Assembly: GCA_965223345.1 (NCBI GenBank) | Contig: CBDCWG010000012.1 | Location: 2,560,001 to 2,624,000 of the forward strand | Direction: 5' to 3' | Origin: Nitrospinales bacterium | GTDB taxonomy: Bacteria; Nitrospinota; Nitrospinia; Nitrospinales; VA-1 | DNA length: 64,000 nt | Part shown: positions 57,851 to 64,000 of the stretch, piece after piece | Position numbering within the stretch: the first letter of the stretch is position 1 | How the letters are laid out: each line of letters starts with the position of its first letter | The notes under the pieces: model-generated | What the model was told of the DNA's origin: nothing | Seen by the model: the letters and a program-made list of their open reading frames with translations, nothing else | Database searches by the model: none | Translations under genes and position numbers: made by a program

Positions 57851-58801
57851 TCAGGCTTTCTTTTGCAGGGAGGATTCTTTCACGGCCTGAGCGACGTGAC
57901 TCGAGGACAGCCCGTATTTTTCGAACAGCTCTTTGGCGGAGCCGGTTTCGGCGAATTGATCCCGCACCGCCACTTTCTTAAAGGGAACGTGGATCTCGTT
58001 CTCCAGCAGGACTTCGCCCACCGCATCGCCGAGTCCGCCGATCAGGTTGTGGTCCTCGGCGGTGATGACGGCGTCGTGCGTCTTCGCTTGCTCGACGATC
58101 AGTTCCCGGTCGATGGGTTTGAGGGTGGAAATGTTGACGACAGTGGGCTCCAGGCCATCCTGTTTGAGGATATCGAGGGCTTTGATGCTCTCCTGCACCA
58201 TGATGCCGGTGGCGAAAATGACGACGCCCCTGCCCTGCCTCAGCACGTTGCCCTTGCCGATCTGGAAGCGGTGCGATTCATCGTACACGCCCATCACCTT
58301 GGAGCGCCCCATCCGCAGATAGGCCGGGCCCTTGTGGGTCATCATCGCTTTGGTGGCCTGCTTGGCTTCCTCGAAATCGGCGGGCTGGATCACCGTCATG
58401 TTGGGAATGGCGCGGGTGTAGGCGAGATCGACGATCATCTGCGCCGAAGGCCCGTCCTCGCCCACGGCGATCCCGGCGTGCGTGCCCACCAGCTTGACGT
58501 TGGTGTTGGAGTAGGCCAGGCTCACGAGGATCTGGTCCATGCTGCGGCCCAGCAGAAAGCAGGCGAAACTGGTGGCGAAGGGCACCTTTCCGGTGGTGGC
58601 GAAGCCGGCGGCGGTGCACACCATGTCGCCTTCGCTGATGCCCATGTTGAAAAAGCGGTGCGGGTGCGCCTGACCGAATTTTTTCGTGCGCGTGCTGTCG
58701 GAAACCCCGGCGTCGAGAACGACGATGTCCGGATGGTCGCCGATTTCCAGGAGCGCCGCTCCGTATCCGTCCCGGGTAGCCCCTTCGCTTGCGGTTGCCA
58801 T
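57851..58801 (-). CDS. Transketolase C-terminal subunit
   Basis: TRDGYG, FFNMGISE, THAG..VGEDGPS, YLRMGR, EDH...GGLG. Confidence 0.92.
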   Translation of the reverse strand: MATASEGATRDGYGAALLEIGDHPDIVVLDAGVSDSTRTKKFGQAHPHRFFNMGISEGDMVCTAAGFATTGKVPFATSFACFLLGRSMDQILVSLAYSNTNVKLVGTHAGIAVGEDGPSAQMIVDLAYTRAIPNMTVIQPADFEEAKQATKAMMTHKGPAYLRMGRSKVMGVYDESHRFQIGKGNVLRQGRGVVIFATGIMVQESIKALDILKQDGLEPTVVNISTLKPIDRELIVEQAKTHDAVITAEDHNLIGGLGDAVGEVLLENEIHVPFKKVAVRDQFAETGSAKELFEKYGLSSSHVAQAVKESSLQKKA

Positions 58802-58861
58802 CACGTGTCCTTCCTGAAAATGCGTTGTCTGTGAAATCCCGCTTCCCTTAGGGAAGGCGGG

Positions 58862-59692
58862 TCATTGTAATTCCTTGAGGGCTTTTTCCAGATCCTCGTC
58901 CGAAGGCGCGACGCCGTGCCAGGCGGGCTTGCCTTCCATGAAGCTGACGCCCTTGCCCTTGATGGTGTCGGCGATGAGGACCCGTGGTTTGTCCGGGTGC
59001 AGCGGCATCTTGAGCGCGTTCATGATCGCTTCCATGTCGTGGCCGTCGATGCGGTGCGTGTCCCAGCCGAACGTGCGCCATTTTTCATCCAAGGGTTCCA
59101 GGTCCTTCAGCTCCTTGGTGGTGCTGTCCTGGCAGACCTTGTTGAAATCCACAATGGCGATCAGATTGTTGCTCTTGAATTTGGATGCCGACATCGCGGC
59201 TTCCCAGATCTGGCCTTCCTGCAGCTCACCGTCCCCCAGCACGACGTAGGCTTTGTAATCGAGATTGTCCAGCCGCGCGCCCATCGCGATGCCGTGTGCG
59301 ACGCTCAACCCCTGCCCCAGGCTTCCGGAGGCGATCTCCACGCCCGGTATCTTGGGATGCGGGTGGCCCGAAAGAAAAAACGGGCTGTTGATCTTGCGGT
59401 AGGTGTCCAGTTCCTTTTCCGGGAAATACCCGGCGCGCGACAGCACGACGTACATGAGCGCCGAGGCGTGCCCCTTGCTCAGCAGGAACCGGTCGCGGTC
59501 CGGCATATCGGGATTGTTGGGGTCGTAATTCAGGATGCCGCCGAAATACAGGGCCGTCAGCAGGTCCGCTGCGGACAGGCTGCCCCCGGGATGTCCGGAG
59601 CCCGCTTTGTGGATCACCTTGAGGCTCTGGCGGCGGATTTCCTTTGCGAGGTTTTTTAAATCTTCGATCGCGAGTGTCTGGGTTTGAGTCAT
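58862..59692 (-). CDS. Transketolase N-terminal subunit
   Basis: SGHPGGSLS, RDRFLLSKGH, GSLGQG, GDGELQEGQIWEA, TIKGKG..FME...WHG. Confidence 0.95.
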   Translation of the reverse strand: MTQTQTLAIEDLKNLAKEIRRQSLKVIHKAGSGHPGGSLSAADLLTALYFGGILNYDPNNPDMPDRDRFLLSKGHASALMYVVLSRAGYFPEKELDTYRKINSPFFLSGHPHPKIPGVEIASGSLGQGLSVAHGIAMGARLDNLDYKAYVVLGDGELQEGQIWEAAMSASKFKSNNLIAIVDFNKVCQDSTTKELKDLEPLDEKWRTFGWDTHRIDGHDMEAIMNALKMPLHPDKPRVLIADTIKGKGVSFMEGKPAWHGVAPSDEDLEKALKELQ

Positions 59693-59851
59693 GGGATAGG
59701 CAAAACCTGGGATGATAAAACGCTTTAAAATTCGGATGCAGGCTAACACATCCCCGATGGGGATTCTATTAAATTGTCGTGAGCTGTGTAGGTAAAGACC
59801 TGCCCCCTGCCCTGCCTGGCTGGCCGGATGCGTGCGTTGCCTGGACGGGGG

Positions 59852-60478
59852 TCAGTTTTTTTCCGGATGGTTCACGAAATCGTTGCAGACTTTGAGCAGC
59901 GCATCGAAATCCACGGGCTTGGTGAAGTAGATGTCCGCGCCGGCGTCGAGGATGACTTTTTCGGAATGCCTGAGGTCCCCGGAAATGGCGATGATCTTGA
60001 TGTTTCCGGTCTTGGGATTGGACTTGAGATTCTTGCACACCTCCATGCCGTTGACGCCCGGAAGCGCGATGTCCAGCACGATGATGGAAGGCAGAAAGTG
60101 GGCGGCCTTGAGGCCCGCGTCCCAGCCGTCGAACGCCACCTCGGCCACGAAACTGTTTTTCTCGAAAAACTTGCGCAGCAGGTTGGAGAACTTCTTTTCG
60201 TCGTCCACGATGAGAATCTTGCGGACGGATTTCTCCTCTTCCTCTTTCTTGAGGATTTCCTTGATCATGTTGATCGTGTAACCCTTCTTCTGCAGCGCGT
60301 AGATCTTCTTGCAGCGGTCCTCCACCCACGCCGGATAGTAGCCCACGATGCCTTTGCCGCCGGGATGCGCTTCTTTAACAGGGTCCGGAAAAAAACGGTA
60401 TTTCTTTTGCCACAACCAAAGTGTTTTCCTTGTAATCGGTACGACTTTCAAAATGTCAGCGGCTGTTACTCTTGCCAT
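59852..60478 (-). CDS. MerR-like HTH plus receiver-domain regulator
   Basis: ITRKTLWLW.....P......Y and GYTINMIKEIL (MerR HTH); C-terminal ILIVDDE, LDIALPG.NG, KP. Confidence 0.8.
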   Translation of the reverse strand: MARVTAADILKVVPITRKTLWLWQKKYRFFPDPVKEAHPGGKGIVGYYPAWVEDRCKKIYALQKKGYTINMIKEILKKEEEEKSVRKILIVDDEKKFSNLLRKFFEKNSFVAEVAFDGWDAGLKAAHFLPSIIVLDIALPGVNGMEVCKNLKSNPKTGNIKIIAISGDLRHSEKVILDAGADIYFTKPVDFDALLKVCNDFVNHPEKN

Positions 60479-60998
60479 GGTGTGCACCCTGCAGATCGAC
60501 GGTTATTGGATGGAGTTAAATCCATATATAAAGTAGATTGAAGCGAGAAGAAAATTTTTTATGATGAAGATGCGTTTCTGGATACCGGTCTTCTCAGAAA
60601 ATGTACACTGTTAATGTAATTTTATCAATAGTTATTTTTCATTTTTTTTGAAACGGTGCCGACGATGTGAGCAAATTAATTGAATAATTGGCCTTTATCC
60701 GGATAAAAAAATTAGATACAATGATCGCATCCTCAGACTGAAAAGTGAGTTTCGGGAGGGGCCAACGGCTACCTTCCTGAAAATTTTGAGCGTATTTTTA
60801 TGGTACGGCGCTGTGGATCATATCGGTCGAGAGGCCGAACGGGCCAAGTTTTTAAGACCGGCCGGATCCCGGCTTGAGGGGGGAGCTCTGAGCCTGAGGG
60901 CTTGCGATCAGAGGGCCCGATCGCCGCTGCACCCGTAGGAAAGAAACCCCGAATTTCCTGAAGGCAATATTCACCCGTAGAACGGAGTCCGACAGGTC

Positions 60999-62591
60999 AT
61001 GTTCAGAATCAAACGTCTCCCCTGCTTTCTGTGCGTTTTGCTGCTTTCCCCGTTTATTTCCCTTTCCGCTGCCTGGTCCCAGGGCGCGCAACCCGAGAAA
61101 CCCGCATTCAACCCGTCCACGCTGATCCTTTCGCTGAAAGACGTGGTCGAGGGCACGCTGCGCAACAACGTCGCCATCGCCGTCGAGGAGTTCAACTCCC
61201 GGGTGCGGGAACAGGACATCACCGTCGAGGAGTCGATCTTCGACCCGGTCATCGATGCCGAACTTTCCAAGCGGGAGAAGACCAACCAGGTGTCCAGCGC
61301 CTTCGCCTCGCCGGACAAGTCGCGCAACCGCGACGTGGTCTGGGACATCGCGCTCAGCCAGAGGCTGGTCACCGGCGCTGAGTACGAACTGAGCTTCAAC
61401 AACGACAAAAACCGCACCAATTCCGATTTCGCCGGCCTCAACCCCCAGTATTCCTCGGAGCTGGTGTTCTCCATCTCCCAGCCGCTGCTGAAAAATTTCG
61501 GCATCGACAACAACAAGCGCGAGATCTACATCGCCAAGAATAATCTCGATATCTCGGATTACGAATTCGAGAACGCGGTCATCAACACGATCACCGACGT
61601 GGAGAACAATTACTGGGACCTGGTGTTCAGCATCGAGGATTTGAAAGTGAAACAGAAGTCGCTGGAGCGGGCGCGGGACCTGGAAAAACGGGTGCGGGCG
61701 CAGGTGGAGGTGGGAACGCTGGCGCCTCTGGAAATTCTGCAGGCGCAGGCCGATGTGGCGGACCGCGAAGAGGCCCTGCTGGGGGCGGAGGATCTGATCA
61801 AGGACAACGAGGACACGCTGAAAAATTTCATGAACATTCCGTTCGATTCTCTGGATGCCGACAAGCAGGTCCTGCCCTCCGACCGGCCGCCCTTCAAGCC
61901 GGAAGAGACCGTGGACGTGCGGGAAGCGATCAAGGAAGCGCTGGCGAAACGGCCCGATTACCGGTCCCGCAAAAAGCAGCTGGACAACGACAATATCCGG
62001 CTCAAATACAACCAGAACCAGTTGTATCCCACGGTGGACCTGTTCGGCAGCCTCGGGCTCAACGGCATCAGCGGCGAGGCGGTGAACATCACTTCCGGGT
62101 CGGTGCAGGGCCGCAGCCAGTTCGGCGGCGGCTACGACGAGACGCTGGCGAACCTGTTTTCCACGAAATACTTTCTCTGGGAGTTCGGCCTCAAGTTCAA
62201 CTACCCGATCGGCAACCGCGAGGCCAAGAGCCGGCTGACCCAGTCGCGCCTGACGGTGGCCCAGACCCTGCTGGATCTCAAGGACCTGGAGAAAAAGATC
62301 GTCGTCGAGGTGCGGGAAGCCGCGCGGCAGATCCGCACGGAGGTCAAACGCGTGTTCGCGACGCGGGCGGCGCGCAAACTGGCGCAAGAACAGCTGAATG
62401 CGGAAGAGAAGAAGTTCGAGGTGGGCCTGTCCACCAGTTTCAATGTGCTCGAGTTCCAGGAAGACCTGGCGGAAGCGCAGAGCAATGAAATCCAGGCCCT
62501 CATCGATTACAACAAGTCGAAGATCCGCCTGCGCCAAGCCGTGTCCACCACGCTGGAGGAACACGGCATCAAAATGGAAAGGGATTCATGA
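60999..62591 (+). CDS. TolC family outer membrane efflux protein
   Basis: Signal peptide, QPLLKNFG, YWDL, RPD, YPTVDL, EKKFEVGLST. Confidence 0.9.
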   Translation: MFRIKRLPCFLCVLLLSPFISLSAAWSQGAQPEKPAFNPSTLILSLKDVVEGTLRNNVAIAVEEFNSRVREQDITVEESIFDPVIDAELSKREKTNQVSSAFASPDKSRNRDVVWDIALSQRLVTGAEYELSFNNDKNRTNSDFAGLNPQYSSELVFSISQPLLKNFGIDNNKREIYIAKNNLDISDYEFENAVINTITDVENNYWDLVFSIEDLKVKQKSLERARDLEKRVRAQVEVGTLAPLEILQAQADVADREEALLGAEDLIKDNEDTLKNFMNIPFDSLDADKQVLPSDRPPFKPEETVDVREAIKEALAKRPDYRSRKKQLDNDNIRLKYNQNQLYPTVDLFGSLGLNGISGEAVNITSGSVQGRSQFGGGYDETLANLFSTKYFLWEFGLKFNYPIGNREAKSRLTQSRLTVAQTLLDLKDLEKKIVVEVREAARQIRTEVKRVFATRAARKLAQEQLNAEEKKFEVGLSTSFNVLEFQEDLAEAQSNEIQALIDYNKSKIRLRQAVSTTLEEHGIKMERDS

Positions 62592-63919
62592 AAAAGACCC
62601 TCACCATCCTTGGGGTCGTTCTGTTCCTTGTCATTCTTCTACTACTTTTTGCCAACCCGAACGGCAAAGAAGACGAACTCAAAGCCGAATTCAAAACCAC
62701 GGACGTGCTGCAGGGGGATCTGTTCGTGAAAATTTCGGCCACCGGGGTCGTCGAACCCAATTTCAAGGTGGAGGTGAAGTCGAAAGCGAGCGGGGAAGTG
62801 CTGAAATTTCCCTTCGAGGAAGGCGATCCGGTCCGCAAGGGGCAGCTGCTGCTGGAGCTGGACAAAACCGATGAGAAGCGCAAAGTCGCCAAGGCCAATG
62901 CGGAACTGGCCAGCGCCACCGCCAAGCTGAAAAAGGCGGAGACCGCCCTGCTCCTGCAGCGCACCAAGTACGACACGGACCTGAGAACGGCCCGCTCCGA
63001 GCTGGAAGCGGCCGAGGCTAACTTTCAGGAAGCGCAGGACAAGCTGAAACGGCAGCGCGATCTGTTCGAGAGGAAATTCATCTCCCAGGAGGCGCTGGAC
63101 GCCGCGGTGACCAGTTACGCGGTGAACCGGGAAAAGGTGATCCAGTCGAAGGCGCAGCTGCAGGCGGCGCAGGATGCGGTCCACGATATCACGCTCAAGG
63201 AGAACGAGATCGAGCTGGCGCGGTCCGAGGTGGACCGGGCGCGCATCTCTCTGGATGAAGCGAAGGAGCGGCTGAGCGAGACGGAAATTTCCGCCCCCAT
63301 CAGCGGCATCGTGATCCAGAAGCTGGTGGAGGAGGGGCAGATCATCGCCTCCGGCATTTCCAACGTCAGCGGCGGCACGCCGTTGATGACGGTGGCGGAC
63401 ATGTCGCGCCTGTTCATCATCGCGGACGTGGACGAAACCGATATCGGCTCGGTGCGCGTGCAGCAGAAAGTCAAGATCACCGCCGACGCCTTTCCGAGTC
63501 AGGAGTTTGAGGGAACCGTGACCCGGATCGCGCCGCAGGGAGAAGTGGAGAACAGCATCACCATCTTCAAGGTGAAGATCGAAATCGTCGGAGCCGGAAA
63601 AAACAATCTCAAGCCGATGATGTCGGCGAACATCGAAATCGTCACCGCCTCGGCCCCCAACGCGGTGCATGTGTCGCGCGGGGCCATTCGCACGGAAGGG
63701 GACGAACCCTTTGTGGTTTTGCTGAAAGCCGGTCAGCCCACGAAGGTTCCTGTCACACTGGGGATCGAAAATCCCATTCACTCGCAGATCGTTTCCGGTG
63801 TGGAGCCGGGAGACAAGGTCGTGCTGGGGGACTGGGAAAAACTCGTCGCCGAAGCCGAGCAGTCGCAGAAAAAAGGATCGGCTTTGAGAAAAATCCTCTG
63901 GATGATACGGTCTAAATAG
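62588..63919 (+). CDS. Membrane fusion protein (MacA/RND adaptor)
   Basis: ATGVVEP..VEVKSKASG, EGD.V.KGQLL, ISAPISG, VDETDIG; overlaps the tolC stop. Confidence 0.92.
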   Translation: MKKTLTILGVVLFLVILLLLFANPNGKEDELKAEFKTTDVLQGDLFVKISATGVVEPNFKVEVKSKASGEVLKFPFEEGDPVRKGQLLLELDKTDEKRKVAKANAELASATAKLKKAETALLLQRTKYDTDLRTARSELEAAEANFQEAQDKLKRQRDLFERKFISQEALDAAVTSYAVNREKVIQSKAQLQAAQDAVHDITLKENEIELARSEVDRARISLDEAKERLSETEISAPISGIVIQKLVEEGQIIASGISNVSGGTPLMTVADMSRLFIIADVDETDIGSVRVQQKVKITADAFPSQEFEGTVTRIAPQGEVENSITIFKVKIEIVGAGKNNLKPMMSANIEIVTASAPNAVHVSRGAIRTEGDEPFVVLLKAGQPTKVPVTLGIENPIHSQIVSGVEPGDKVVLGDWEKLVAEAEQSQKKGSALRKILWMIRSK

Positions 63920-64000
63920 ATAGAACGAAACGAAATTCCGCCAGCTCCTGTTGCGTGATTTTCGTTCTCAGCGGGAAATCGTTTATGCAATTTCATTTTC

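Overview
GC-rich bacterial chromosomal segment. The gene content and style suggest a Nitrospina-like (Nitrospinota) organism, but this is inference and no database search was possible. Core genes: gpsA 5' end, mitochondrial-type aconitase, two tatC, tatA, rpiB-glyA-nrdR-ccsA-hemA-hemC, nadC, menG, asnB, split transketolase, tolC-MFP, tRNA-Met and tRNA-Gly. Many accessory or hypothetical genes lie between them. The main result is a good XerCD dif site at 57628-57655, where GGGNAGGG (KOPS-like) motifs switch orientation, so the window probably spans the replication terminus. An AT-rich gene and a decayed gene abut the site. Other highlights: a DUF1538-DUF1538-PII-CBS putative regulated transporter near a protoglobin-PsiE fusion; a tandem mosaic tatC paralog lacking signature motifs; divergent sigma54-type promoters around a tandem palindrome array; candidate sRNA hairpins; a Fur box on bfd; a sigma28 promoter upstream of flgM; an HDO plus SagB-like pair; and two VOC pseudogenes. 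I saw no CRISPR array, integrase or transposase.
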